Origin: Vulcanimicrobiota bacterium
GTDB lineage: Bacteria; Vulcanimicrobiota; Xenobia; Xenobiales; JADMJV01
Direction of reading: 5' to 3'
Assembly: GCA_050250895.1 (NCBI GenBank)
Contig: JBFWNU010000001.1
Coordinates: 776,008 to 840,007 of the forward strand
DNA: 64,000 nt
A program made the position numbers and the translations under genes. Position 1 is the stretch's first letter, and every line of letters starts with the position of its first letter. Shown in pieces: positions 37,161-46,695 of this stretch. The notes beneath the pieces were generated by a model. The model did no database searches, was not told the DNA's origin, and was given only the letters and a program-made list of their open reading frames with translations.

Positions 37161-38771
37161 CTACATCCTGAACACGCCGTGCTGGCGCTGCGGGAAGGGT
37201 GCGTTGAGACTGGCCGCGATGCCCAGGGCCAGCACCCTTCGGGTGTCGACGGGATCGATCACGCCGTCGTCCCAGAGGCGGGCGGTGCTGTAGTAGCAAC
37301 TGCCCTCCCGCTCGTACTTGTCCAGAATGGGCTGTTTGAACTCGGCGCTCTGAGCCTCGTCGAGCAAAGGCTTGCCGGTGGCCTCGAGCTGGTCCTGGCG
37401 CACCGTCAACAGCACGTTGGCTGCCTGCTCGCCGCCCATGACGGAAATGCGAGCGTTGGGCCACATCCACAATTGGCGAGGACTATAGGCCCGTCCGCAC
37501 ATCCCATAGTTGCCGGCTCCGTACGAACCACCCAGGATGACGGTGAACTTGGGCACGGCCGCGTTGGCCACCGCCTGCACCATCTTGGCTCCGTCCTTGG
37601 CAATGCCGCCGGCCTCAAAAGCCTTGCCCACCATAAATCCCGTGATGTTCTGAAGAAAGACGAGCGGCACGCCCCGGGCGCTGCACAGCTCGATGAAGTG
37701 GGTAGCCTTGAGGGCCGATTCGGAGAAGAGCACTCCGTTGTTGGCCAGAATGCCCACCGGGTAGCCCCAAATACGCGCAAATCCGGTGACCAGGGTGGTG
37801 CCGTAGAGGGCCTTGAACTCGTGGAACTCGCTAGCGTCGACGAGGCGAGCAATCACCTCGCGCACATCGTAGGCCACCCGGTCATCGGCCGGGATGATGC
37901 CGTAGATCTCCTCGGGATCATAAGCCGGTTCGCGCGCAGACTGAGCATCGATGGGCGTCTGGTGGCTGCGATTGAGGGCAGCCACCACGTTGCGGCAGAT
38001 GGCCAGCGCGTCCTCGTCGTCGTGGGCGTAGTGGTCGGCCACCCCCGATTCTCGACAATGCACGTCGGCCCCGCCCAACTCTTCGGCGGTGACCACCTCG
38101 CCGGTGGCCGCCTTGACCAGCGGCGGCCCCCCCAGAAAGATCGTGCCCTGATGGCGCACGATAATGGTCTCGTCGCTCATGGCCGGAACGTAAGCCCCTC
38201 CGGCCGTACACGAGCCCAGCACGGCGGCGATCTGGGGAATCCCAGCGGCCGACATACGGGCCTGGTTATAGAAGATTCGACCGAAATGCTCCCGGTCGGG
38301 AAAAACCTCGTCCTGGAGCGGTAAGAAAGCCCCCCCCGAGTCGACCAGATAGATGCAGGGCAGGTGATTCTCGGCGGCCACCTCTTGGGCGCGCAGGTGC
38401 TTCTTGACGGTGATGGGGTAATAGGTGCCCCCCTTCACGGTGGCGTCGTTGGCCACGATCACGCACTGGCGGCCCGACACCTGGCCGATCCCGGTCACTA
38501 CCCCCGCGCTGGGGGCCTCGCCATCATACATATCCCAGGCGGCGAGCGCCCCCAACTCCAGGAAGGGAGTGTCGGGGTCGAGCAACTTCTCGATCCGATC
38601 CCTGACGAAAAGCTTGCCGCGTTTGCGGTGACGCTCGACATATTTGGGGCCGCCCCCCTGGCGAACTTGCTCCAACCGGTTCTGCAACGAGGCGGTCCGA
38701 GCCAGCATGGCTTCGCGGTTTTGCGCGAACGCGGCCTCGCCGGGGTGGATGCGGGTGGGTATCTGTTCCAC
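37161..38771 (-). CDS. liuB: Methylcrotonyl-CoA carboxylase carboxyltransferase (beta) subunit
   Basis: [45 protein letters not shown]; GTG 38771 with GGAGG. Confidence 0.95.
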   Translation of the reverse strand: MEQIPTRIHPGEAAFAQNREAMLARTASLQNRLEQVRQGGGPKYVERHRKRGKLFVRDRIEKLLDPDTPFLELGALAAWDMYDGEAPSAGVVTGIGQVSGRQCVIVANDATVKGGTYYPITVKKHLRAQEVAAENHLPCIYLVDSGGAFLPLQDEVFPDREHFGRIFYNQARMSAAGIPQIAAVLGSCTAGGAYVPAMSDETIIVRHQGTIFLGGPPLVKAATGEVVTAEELGGADVHCRESGVADHYAHDDEDALAICRNVVAALNRSHQTPIDAQSAREPAYDPEEIYGIIPADDRVAYDVREVIARLVDASEFHEFKALYGTTLVTGFARIWGYPVGILANNGVLFSESALKATHFIELCSARGVPLVFLQNITGFMVGKAFEAGGIAKDGAKMVQAVANAAVPKFTVILGGSYGAGNYGMCGRAYSPRQLWMWPNARISVMGGEQAANVLLTVRQDQLEATGKPLLDEAQSAEFKQPILDKYEREGSCYYSTARLWDDGVIDPVDTRRVLALGIAASLNAPFPQRQHGVFRM

Positions 38772-38875
38772 GGGGTCCTCCTGGGAGCCGTCGCATTCTT
38801 TGGTCAAGCTTGAATCCCTCTTGAAGGTTCCTTAGCCAGGCTTACAGAAGTTCACACGACAGGGAGGATTGCGCC

Positions 38876-40144
38876 GTGCAACTTAAGCATCGACTAGCCG
38901 CGACCCTATTTTTCGCGGTAGCCGTAATGGCCAGCCTGACGCACCAGCAGCTGGTCGACAAACAATCTCACTATATCCCCATCGATTATCGTCCCTTGCT
39001 GACGCAAGAGCAGCATTGCCGCACCCAGGAGAGTACCTACCTGGCCGTGCTGGACCACATTCAGAATCATTCGGTCAAAAGAATTTCTAACCGCGCCCTG
39101 GAAGCCTCGGTTCGGGCCGAGCTGGCCGAGCTGACCCGTCAGGCCGGGCTATCTCCGGTTCGCTTGACGGGCGAACTCAATCAGTTGCCGACCGAACTGC
39201 TCGAGGCCTACGGCGACCTTCCCGAGAACGCCGTCTTCTATGCCGGCGCCCAGGGTCTGGTGCGGGCTGTGGATCATCCCGAGGCCGAGCTGGTTGGCAT
39301 GCAGAACGACACCTACTATGGCAACCTCGGCCAGAGCGGAATTGGCGCCATCATCGGTCCCACCCGCGGGGCCCGCGGCATCCTGCTACAGACGGTTCTT
39401 CCCGGTGGTGCGGCCGACCAGGCCGGCTTGACCGGTGGCGACCTGCTGCTCGAGATCGACGACCGGGATTGCTCGGACATGTCGATGCCGATGGCCGTCG
39501 CCCTGTTGCGCGGCGAGGCCGGCCAACCGGTGAGCCTGCTGGTTCGCCGCGGCGACGGACTGCGGACCCAAGAGTGGACCGTACGCCTGGTCCGCCAGCC
39601 CCTCGACATCGACACCACCGTGGTCAGCCAAATTGACGGTGAAATGGCCAAGGTCCGCCTGCTGTGGCTTGACTCGCGCACGGCCATCCAGCTTGGGGAC
39701 ACCCTCGACGGTCTGGCCGCCCTGGGCGTGAAACAGGTCGAGCTCGACCTGACCCAAACCGCCTCCGGTAGCCTCAGCGACGTGGCCGCCATCGGCAGCC
39801 TCTTCCTTCCCGAGGGCACCAACGTGGGCGGCACCCGCACGGTCGATATGACCGCCAACTACTCGACTTATCCCAGCACGCGTCACTACGACTTCGACCT
39901 GACCGTGCTGGTCGGCCCCAATACCCGTGGCTCGGCTGAAGCCCTGGCCCAGGTATTGACCAGCCGCGGCCCGGCCCGCCTGACCGGGCAGCCCACCGCT
40001 GGCGACGGCCTGATTCCGACCTACTACTGCGAAGGCGTTAAACTGCCTGGTCGTAGCATCATCCTCAGCGACGGGACCGAGCTGGAAGGCCACGGCCTCA
40101 ACCCGCCCGTGCGCAACCTGAGCGACGCTTTCGGTCGACTGTAA
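38876..40144 (+). CDS. PDZ + S41 (CtpA-like) protein, catalytic motifs degenerate
   Basis: GIGAII...PGGAADQAGLTGGDLLLEID (PDZ); S41-like TRGSAEALA and GQPTAGDG. Confidence 0.8.
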   Translation: MQLKHRLAATLFFAVAVMASLTHQQLVDKQSHYIPIDYRPLLTQEQHCRTQESTYLAVLDHIQNHSVKRISNRALEASVRAELAELTRQAGLSPVRLTGELNQLPTELLEAYGDLPENAVFYAGAQGLVRAVDHPEAELVGMQNDTYYGNLGQSGIGAIIGPTRGARGILLQTVLPGGAADQAGLTGGDLLLEIDDRDCSDMSMPMAVALLRGEAGQPVSLLVRRGDGLRTQEWTVRLVRQPLDIDTTVVSQIDGEMAKVRLLWLDSRTAIQLGDTLDGLAALGVKQVELDLTQTASGSLSDVAAIGSLFLPEGTNVGGTRTVDMTANYSTYPSTRHYDFDLTVLVGPNTRGSAEALAQVLTSRGPARLTGQPTAGDGLIPTYYCEGVKLPGRSIILSDGTELEGHGLNPPVRNLSDAFGRL

Positions 40145-40163
40145 GACGTCACCACTCGTCGCG

Positions 40164-40195
40164 AAAAGAGCGCCGGTTCGCCGGCGCTCTTTTTC
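40164..40195. terminator. Bidirectional intrinsic terminator
   Basis: aaaagagcgccgg-ttcg-ccggcgctcttttt between convergent genes. Confidence 0.85.
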
Positions 40196-40276
40196 ATGGG
40201 CGGTAGGTAGCCGCGCAATGGATCAACGCAAAGAGGCCTCGCGCCTTCGCGCCTGCGGCTTCCTCAAATCCGGCGC

Positions 40277-41401
40277 TTACCGCAGATTGACCGGGCCGAT
40301 GTGCTTGTAGTGGTCTTTGCCGCGGAAGCTGAAGGCTCGCAGCGGCTGGTTGGAGAGGCTCCTAGCCAGGTTGTCGGCGGTGGTCTCGCCCGCCTCTTTG
40401 GCCGAGTGTTTGTCGGCCGGCACGGGTTGGCCGCCGCTGCGGGCCAGCGCCGCGTCGCCGATCACGAAGACCTCGGGATGATCGGGCAGAGTCAGATGGT
40501 CGGTCACCTCCACCCGTCCGCCACGGGTGGTGGGACCGAGGCGTTGGAGGACCTCGGGTGACTCCGTGCCTACGGCCAGCATAATGGCGGAAGCTGAAAG
40601 CACCTCACCTGAGGTCAGTGTTACCTGACCTTCGGCCACGTCGGCAAGGCGCTCACCAAGACGCAGAGTCACTCCTTTCTCGAGCAAGGCCGCGGTAGCC
40701 CGGCGGCTCACATCGTCGGGCATCCCTTGGCACAGTCGGGGTTGGCTGTGGATTAGGGTAAGATTGAGATCTTTGGACAGACTGGGATCGACCTGCTCGA
40801 CCAGGTCGGCCACGATGCCGGCCAGTTCGACGCCGGTGGCTCCCCCACCGACCACCACGAACTGCAGTTGCTGGGCGCGGCGGCCAGGGTCGGTCTCGGC
40901 CAGAGCGGCCATCGCCTGGGTGCGAACCGTTTCGCGAATCTTCTGAGTGTCTTCAGGCTGGTCGAGGGTCAGCACGTGCTCGGCCCACTCGGGATGGCCC
41001 AACAGAGCCGGTCGCGAGCCCAGGGCTACCACCAGGTAGTCGTAAGAAATGCGCTGGCCGCGGTCAAGGACTACCTGGCGAGTGGCCACATCGATGTCGG
41101 TGACCTCGCCCAATCGCAGCTGGCCGCCGGCCTTTCCCACGACTTTGGCTAGCGACTGCTGGGCTTCAGAAGTCTCTTTCCCGCCCACCGTCACCTTCCA
41201 GAGCTTGGTCTTGTAGGTCTGAGCGGGCTTGCGGTCGACCAGGGTCAGGTGGACGGGCGCCTTGAGCGACTCGACGAACTCGACGCCGGCGTAGCCGCCT
41301 CCCAGCACCACCACCTTGGGACTGTCCTGACCGGGGGCTGGCCGCCGCTTGTGGTGGCCGGCCCGAAGGGTGGGGCTGAAGTTAGAAAGACGAGTGAGCA
41401 T
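40277..41401 (-). CDS. NDH-2/FSP1-like NAD(P)/FAD oxidoreductase with N-terminal extension
   Basis: VVLGGGYAG, YDYLVVALGS, VVGGGATGVELAG, VFVIGD; ATG 41401 with AGGAGG RBS. Confidence 0.88.
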   Translation of the reverse strand: MLTRLSNFSPTLRAGHHKRRPAPGQDSPKVVVLGGGYAGVEFVESLKAPVHLTLVDRKPAQTYKTKLWKVTVGGKETSEAQQSLAKVVGKAGGQLRLGEVTDIDVATRQVVLDRGQRISYDYLVVALGSRPALLGHPEWAEHVLTLDQPEDTQKIRETVRTQAMAALAETDPGRRAQQLQFVVVGGGATGVELAGIVADLVEQVDPSLSKDLNLTLIHSQPRLCQGMPDDVSRRATAALLEKGVTLRLGERLADVAEGQVTLTSGEVLSASAIMLAVGTESPEVLQRLGPTTRGGRVEVTDHLTLPDHPEVFVIGDAALARSGGQPVPADKHSAKEAGETTADNLARSLSNQPLRAFSFRGKDHYKHIGPVNLR

Positions 41402-41435
41402 CGGTTGTTCCTCCTGCTGGTTTGCTGGTAACAAC

Positions 41436-41467
41436 ACGATAGCAGGGTCGCCTTGACCAGACCTTGA
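41436..41467 (-). promoter_or_regulatory. SARP-type direct-repeat promoter (box 1)
   Basis: TCAAG gtctgg TCAAG gcgaccctgc TATCGT, upstream of the NDH-2-like gene. Confidence 0.75.
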
Positions 41468-41475
41468 CCGACCGA

Positions 41476-43692
41476 TCAGGAGCCGACGATGCTTTTGTAA
41501 AGACGGGTGGTCTCGGCGCTGGGAGCCATGAACAGCTCTTCTTGCAAAGCTTCCTGGCAGCTCCAGTAGAGGCGCGCCACCCGCTCGGGTTGATCCGACC
41601 AGGCCCGCATCAAGACCTGGTAGGCTCCCTGATGGCAGCGGTCGAGCGAGAGCAGTTGTTCGCCCAGCGAGAGGCAACGTTCCCGCTGACCCAAGCGCTC
41701 ATGATGGTCCATCAAAAGCTCGAGGGCCCGGGTGGCCTGATCGCGAAACTGGCTGCGGTAGGGCAACACCCAGCTGTCCTCGACCGTTTCTAGCAGGTCT
41801 CCCTGATAGAGCGACACGGCCCGCTCGAGGGCCTCGACAGCCGCCTCCGTCTTGCCGTTCTGCCAGGCCTCGAAGCCACTGGTGACGGTCTGACCAAAGT
41901 CGAGGAAATCGGCTTTACAGGTGAAGTCCTGATTCCAGCGGCAGCAACCGCGCTGGTGCAGCACCGGGTCCGGCCCTTTACCGTCTGGAGACTTCAAGGC
42001 GCGGCGAATGTAGGTCAGGGCCGAATACAGGTTACCCTGGGCTCGGTCGCCCTCGAGCTCTTCCCAGAACAGGTCCGTGAGGCGTTCGTCAGGCACCTCG
42101 TTGCCGTTATGCAAGACCAGGATCAAAAAGAGCGAGCGACTCTTGTTGGTCTTCCAGTCCTTGTTGGTCAACTCGCGACCGTGGGCTCGCATGGTCAAGG
42201 GCCCGAAGGCCTCGAGTTCGAGGGTGGCGCCGGCTGCCCCCTCGGACCGGGGCGCGAAGCGAGCCGTCCAGGAACGGTCGCTCTCGGCCAGAGCATAGAC
42301 GGCCTGACTCAACCAGCGCTCGCGCGTGAGCACCCAGTGCAAGCCGGTCGCCTCCACCTCTTGCTCGAGTCGAGCCACCGCCTCTTGCAGCTGGCGCGGC
42401 GGGGGTCGCAAGCTTTCACCCCAGGCCTTGAGCAACAAAGCCCGCACCCGCCCGCGATTGGAGCCACTGCCGGCATAGATGGTCAGCGCTTCCTCCAATT
42501 GTTGGGCGGCCTGAGGGCGGCCCAGAGCCACTCCCAGAGCGGCTGACGTGGCCAGGGCGTCGGCTCGCTGCAGACTGCCGCGCGCCCGCTCGAGGGCCTG
42601 ACCGGCCAACTCATACCCGACCTCGGGCTGCTCGCAGGCGGCCTCAGCCAGGGCCAGCCCCAACAAAGCTTCGCACCCGGCCTGACCCTCCAGGCGCCGC
42701 AGCGCCTCGCGAGCGAGATCGGGCCGTCCGCCGTGCAGATAACCCAGGCCAAGCCCGAGCAGACGGCGACCGCCGGCCGGTTGCGAGGGCAACTCCTCGC
42801 GATTGCCGCTAAGCGTTCTCTCGAGTTCGTCGAGCACCTCGGCCGGGCCACTCCAATTGGAACGAAGCACCTCCAGGCACTCCTGGCGAGAAAGGCCAAC
42901 GGCGGCATCGCCGGGATGAGCCAGGGCATCGTAGCGCGAGACCACCGCCAGGATGGCCGATTCAGGACTCGAGACCGAGGCGCGGGCGCAGTTGATGCCG
43001 CCGCCCATCCACTCGATTACCGAGCTGTCCTGCCAGGCCTGACGCAAAGTGGGCTCTTGTTCGGCCAGCTTGCGACACAAACTGGCTCCAGAATCGAGCT
43101 CGTCGGGATGGCCGACGCTTTGCAAGATGGCTCCCAGCCCGACTCGCTCGGAGACATCGCCGGGCAGGTCCAGGGCGCGGGCCAACTGTCCCGCCAGGCT
43201 TCGCTGACGCAAAGCCCGGTCGCGGACCTGGGGGGTGGTGGCGCAGACCTCGGTCAACAGCCACTGGCTCAGTTGGCGAGCATCCTCAAAGCCTCGCTGC
43301 ATGCAACGATGCCACCAGACCTGCCGGTCCAACCATTCGAAAGCTCGCCGGATCGAGCGCAAGAAAGTGAGGTCGTCAAAAGGCTTGGTCAGAAAATCGT
43401 CGACCTGCAACCGAAAGGCTTCGACCGGGGCTTCAAAATCGGCAAAGCCGGTGATGACCACGGCCCGCGTCTCGGGAGAACTCTGGCGCAGGTGTCCCAG
43501 CATGGTCATGCCGCTCATGCCGGGCATCTTGACGTCGGTGACCACCAGGTCGAAGTGACGTTCCGCCGTCTTCTCGAGGGCCTCTTCGGCCGAGGTGGCG
43601 GTGGCCACCTCATAGCTCTCTTCTTCGAGCAGACAGGCCAGGCTGTCGAGCAGCAAGGTGTCGTCCTCAACCAACAAAATCGTTCTGGTCAC
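41476..43692 (-). CDS. Response regulator: REC + degenerate HD-GYP-like + TPR + winged helix/BTAD (SARP family)
   Basis: LLVEDD...VVTDVKMPG...LTKPF; FGPLTM...WKTNKSRSLFLIL...LFWEE...NLYSALTYIRRAL; ALERAVSLYQGDLL; LQEELFMAPSAET. Confidence 0.88.
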   Translation of the reverse strand: MTRTILLVEDDTLLLDSLACLLEEESYEVATATSAEEALEKTAERHFDLVVTDVKMPGMSGMTMLGHLRQSSPETRAVVITGFADFEAPVEAFRLQVDDFLTKPFDDLTFLRSIRRAFEWLDRQVWWHRCMQRGFEDARQLSQWLLTEVCATTPQVRDRALRQRSLAGQLARALDLPGDVSERVGLGAILQSVGHPDELDSGASLCRKLAEQEPTLRQAWQDSSVIEWMGGGINCARASVSSPESAILAVVSRYDALAHPGDAAVGLSRQECLEVLRSNWSGPAEVLDELERTLSGNREELPSQPAGGRRLLGLGLGYLHGGRPDLAREALRRLEGQAGCEALLGLALAEAACEQPEVGYELAGQALERARGSLQRADALATSAALGVALGRPQAAQQLEEALTIYAGSGSNRGRVRALLLKAWGESLRPPPRQLQEAVARLEQEVEATGLHWVLTRERWLSQAVYALAESDRSWTARFAPRSEGAAGATLELEAFGPLTMRAHGRELTNKDWKTNKSRSLFLILVLHNGNEVPDERLTDLFWEELEGDRAQGNLYSALTYIRRALKSPDGKGPDPVLHQRGCCRWNQDFTCKADFLDFGQTVTSGFEAWQNGKTEAAVEALERAVSLYQGDLLETVEDSWVLPYRSQFRDQATRALELLMDHHERLGQRERCLSLGEQLLSLDRCHQGAYQVLMRAWSDQPERVARLYWSCQEALQEELFMAPSAETTRLYKSIVGS

Positions 43693-43705
43693 GGGCGGCG
43701 GTTCC

Positions 43706-45682
43706 TCATTTTCTTACCGGGTCCTCCACCAACTGGTGTCGCCCGTTTCGGATCTCGAGCAGATAGACGGGTAGCTCGGCCGGCATCTTGCCAGGGCTGA
43801 GATAGCCCGAGGCGCCGATGTAAGCCGGTTGCGTCGAGCCCAGGGCTCGAAGATTATGGCGGATCTGGTCGCGTGAGTGGCCCAGCCACGGCTCGAGCAG
43901 AGTGACTCCGTCATAGCCTTGAGCGGCGGCGCGAGTTGGCTCGACCCCAGGAAACTGGCCTTGAAACTCCTCTACGAAAGCCTTCACCGGAGCAGCCTGG
44001 GACTCGGGAAAGAAAGTCTCGGCCAGGCGCAAACCGTCGAGGGCGTCGCCCCCCGCCTCGAGCAGCCCGGCGCTGTATCCCACCACGTTGGAATAGAGTT
44101 CGGCCTGGGAACCCGAACGACGCAGCTGACGGGCGAACTCGCCCAAATAGCTGCCCGGAGCGGCTACAAAAAAGATAGCCTGCGCCCCTTTGAGTTCGTC
44201 CACCAGGGCCGAAAAGTCGCGGGTCGAGGTTGGGTAGGTGCGCTCGACCACGGTGGTCTCGCCGAGATTGCCTTTGACCACGAAGGCCAGATCGCGAGCC
44301 ATGGCCTGCTGATCATCGTAGAGTAGCCACACTTCCGAAAAATGGCGTTGGGCCAACTGGCGGGCCAGCGGCACCACCCTGGCCGGAAAGGGTGCACCCA
44401 GGGTGAAAAGGCTATCGCTTTGCCAGGCTTTGGGATGGGTCGCGCCCAAGGAAACCACCGGCAACTGTCGCCGGGCGGCCAAGAGCTCTACCGCCAGGGT
44501 GCGTTCCGAGTTGGTGGGGCCCAGCAAACAGCGAATCTTGGGGTCGGCTCCCAGGCGGTCCACCCAGCCCATGCTCTGGGCAATGGTGCTCTGGTCGTCG
44601 CATACCTGCAACCGCAGCGGCCGCCCCTGCTGCTGAACGCGTCGCTGAGCCAGAGCGGCGCCCTGAAGAAAGTTGCGAGCCTGGCGCCACTCTGGTCCGG
44701 TCAAGGGCACCACGATGGGTAGCACGGGTGATTCTGGCTGACCCAGGTTCTGGGCGGTGATGAGGGCCAAACCGTCGTCGGGCTCGGCCTGCTGCCAGCT
44801 TTGAGCCAGTTGTCGGGCCAAAGTCTCGTCGCCCTGCAGCAAGGCCTGGTCGATTCGAGCCAGAAACGGCGATACGCCGGGCTCGGTCGGACCCACCGGC
44901 AGCAGGCCCAGCACCAGGCAAACCAGGGAGCAAAGGCACAACAGCGTGGCCGTCCACAACGACCGGGCCGGAATCAGCGCCGCCGGCCGTCCCAGTTGAG
45001 CCAACCACTCGAGCAGCTCGGCACCGCTCTGGGGACGCTGGTCCGGATCGTGATGGGTCCACTTGTGCAGTAGCTCGGCGAAGGGCGAGCGGGCCGGTCC
45101 GATCATCGCCTCGAACAGCTTGCCAAGCGAGTAGATGTCGCTGCGGGCATCACACCGATGGTCGCTCTCCGGGGCCAGATAGCGCGCCACCCCGCCCGCG
45201 GCCGGACCGGGCGACTGGAGGGCCAGCCCGAGATCGACCACCCGCACGCTCCCACCGTCGTCGAGCAGCAGATTCGCCGGATTGAGGTCGACCAGATAGA
45301 CCGAGTGCTGATGGAGATAGTCGAGCAGCCGAGCCACCTCATAGACCACCGTCAAGGCCCGGGCCACAGGCAACGGCGCCTTTTCCAGCCGAGCCGCCAG
45401 GGTCTGGCCGCTGATAGCGTCCATGACTAGAGCGGGGCGACCTTCGTGTTCGAGGCGGTCCACCAGGGTCGGAAGAGCTCGATGCTGCAGTCGGGCCAGC
45501 AGTTGGGCCTCGGTGGCAAACAGCTGCTCGAGACGCACGCCAGGCACTCTGGGTTCGGCCAGTTTCACGGCCCAGCGCGTGCCCGGCAGGCGCAGGTCTT
45601 CGCACAACAGAACCTGGCTGGTGCCCCCCTGGGCCAACACCGCCGCCACTTTGTAGCGACCGCTGAGGACCTGCCCTATCAC
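43706..45682 (-). CDS. Degenerate Ser/Thr kinase - TM - periplasmic ligand-binding domain
   Basis: LAQGGTSQV, WAVK, LVDLNPANL, VDLG, YLAPE, SDIYSLG; LivJ-like C-terminus; paralogue of 17878..20109. Confidence 0.85.
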   Translation of the reverse strand: MIGQVLSGRYKVAAVLAQGGTSQVLLCEDLRLPGTRWAVKLAEPRVPGVRLEQLFATEAQLLARLQHRALPTLVDRLEHEGRPALVMDAISGQTLAARLEKAPLPVARALTVVYEVARLLDYLHQHSVYLVDLNPANLLLDDGGSVRVVDLGLALQSPGPAAGGVARYLAPESDHRCDARSDIYSLGKLFEAMIGPARSPFAELLHKWTHHDPDQRPQSGAELLEWLAQLGRPAALIPARSLWTATLLCLCSLVCLVLGLLPVGPTEPGVSPFLARIDQALLQGDETLARQLAQSWQQAEPDDGLALITAQNLGQPESPVLPIVVPLTGPEWRQARNFLQGAALAQRRVQQQGRPLRLQVCDDQSTIAQSMGWVDRLGADPKIRCLLGPTNSERTLAVELLAARRQLPVVSLGATHPKAWQSDSLFTLGAPFPARVVPLARQLAQRHFSEVWLLYDDQQAMARDLAFVVKGNLGETTVVERTYPTSTRDFSALVDELKGAQAIFFVAAPGSYLGEFARQLRRSGSQAELYSNVVGYSAGLLEAGGDALDGLRLAETFFPESQAAPVKAFVEEFQGQFPGVEPTRAAAQGYDGVTLLEPWLGHSRDQIRHNLRALGSTQPAYIGASGYLSPGKMPAELPVYLLEIRNGRHQLVEDPVRK

Positions 45683-46695
45683 GGGGCGAACCGGGCCGGC
45701 AAGATCAGATCGGCCCCTTCAGAATGACAACTGAGTCGCCCGCCAGCGGTGGCCACCGCATCCTGCAGCTGCTCAGAAATGTCGCCACCACCCTGCAGTC
45801 TGACCCAGACCTCGTCGGCCTTTTCCTGGGTGGTCACCGACACCTTGCCCATCATCAACTGACCCAACAGATGCCCCAGTCCGGCCGGATCGGCGATAAT
45901 GGTGTGGGTGAGTTGGCCGGGCCTCCAATCGATGCTCAGCCCCGAAGCCTGGACGGCCGCCTCGACCAGTTGATTGATATCGACCGGGACCCGTACCAAC
46001 TGGCTGAAGGTCACGTCCCGCTCGACCATATCGTAAGGTCGGCGGGCAAAGAGCATGAGTTTCTCGATGACCGTCTGGCAACGCTCGACCGAACGCTTGA
46101 TCAGATCGACCCGACGGGCCACGGCAGGGTCTTCACCCCGACCCAGGCGCGTAGCATTGGTCAGGATGGTGGCCAGCGGCGTGTTGAGTTCATGGGCCAC
46201 TCCCGCAGCCATCTTGCCCAGGGCCACAAATCCACGCCGGTCCTCGTCACCAAGGCCCGAAGCCCGATGGCGCAAGCTCTCGAATAACGGCAACACGGGC
46301 CGGCAATCGGCCGCCAGGGCGGCCGCCGAGCCAGCCTCACCCGTCCAGACCAGGGCCAGCCCAGGACTCAGCCGGAGGCCCTGACTCGAGCCCTCGTCAA
46401 AAAGCTGCGCGGCCGCGGCGCGGCAGTTCTCGAGCTGCCCGGACACCGGCTCCCAACTGCACAACAGGGTGGGTTCGGGACCCGAGAAAAGAAAGAGAGA
46501 CTCTAACCGGTGGTGCCGCCCCAGGATAGCCAGCACCTGGCTGCCGGCCTCGGTCACCTGGGTGGTCGAAGTGGCCGCCTGGGCCAGCTCCTCCCACAGC
46601 CGCGAGCGGCGGCTGGCCCGCACGAGCAGGGCCAGACTCAAGCAAGAAGAGATGGTTGCACCAAGGGCGGCCACGGCCAGCAGAGTGGTATTCAC
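45679..46695 (-). CDS. Membrane-anchored HisKA protein with eroded ATPase domain
   Basis: LGKMAAGVAHELNTPL H-box intact; N, G1, F and G2 boxes not recognisable. Confidence 0.8.
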   Translation of the reverse strand: MNTTLLAVAALGATISSCLSLALLVRASRRSRLWEELAQAATSTTQVTEAGSQVLAILGRHHRLESLFLFSGPEPTLLCSWEPVSGQLENCRAAAAQLFDEGSSQGLRLSPGLALVWTGEAGSAAALAADCRPVLPLFESLRHRASGLGDEDRRGFVALGKMAAGVAHELNTPLATILTNATRLGRGEDPAVARRVDLIKRSVERCQTVIEKLMLFARRPYDMVERDVTFSQLVRVPVDINQLVEAAVQASGLSIDWRPGQLTHTIIADPAGLGHLLGQLMMGKVSVTTQEKADEVWVRLQGGGDISEQLQDAVATAGGRLSCHSEGADLILPARFAP

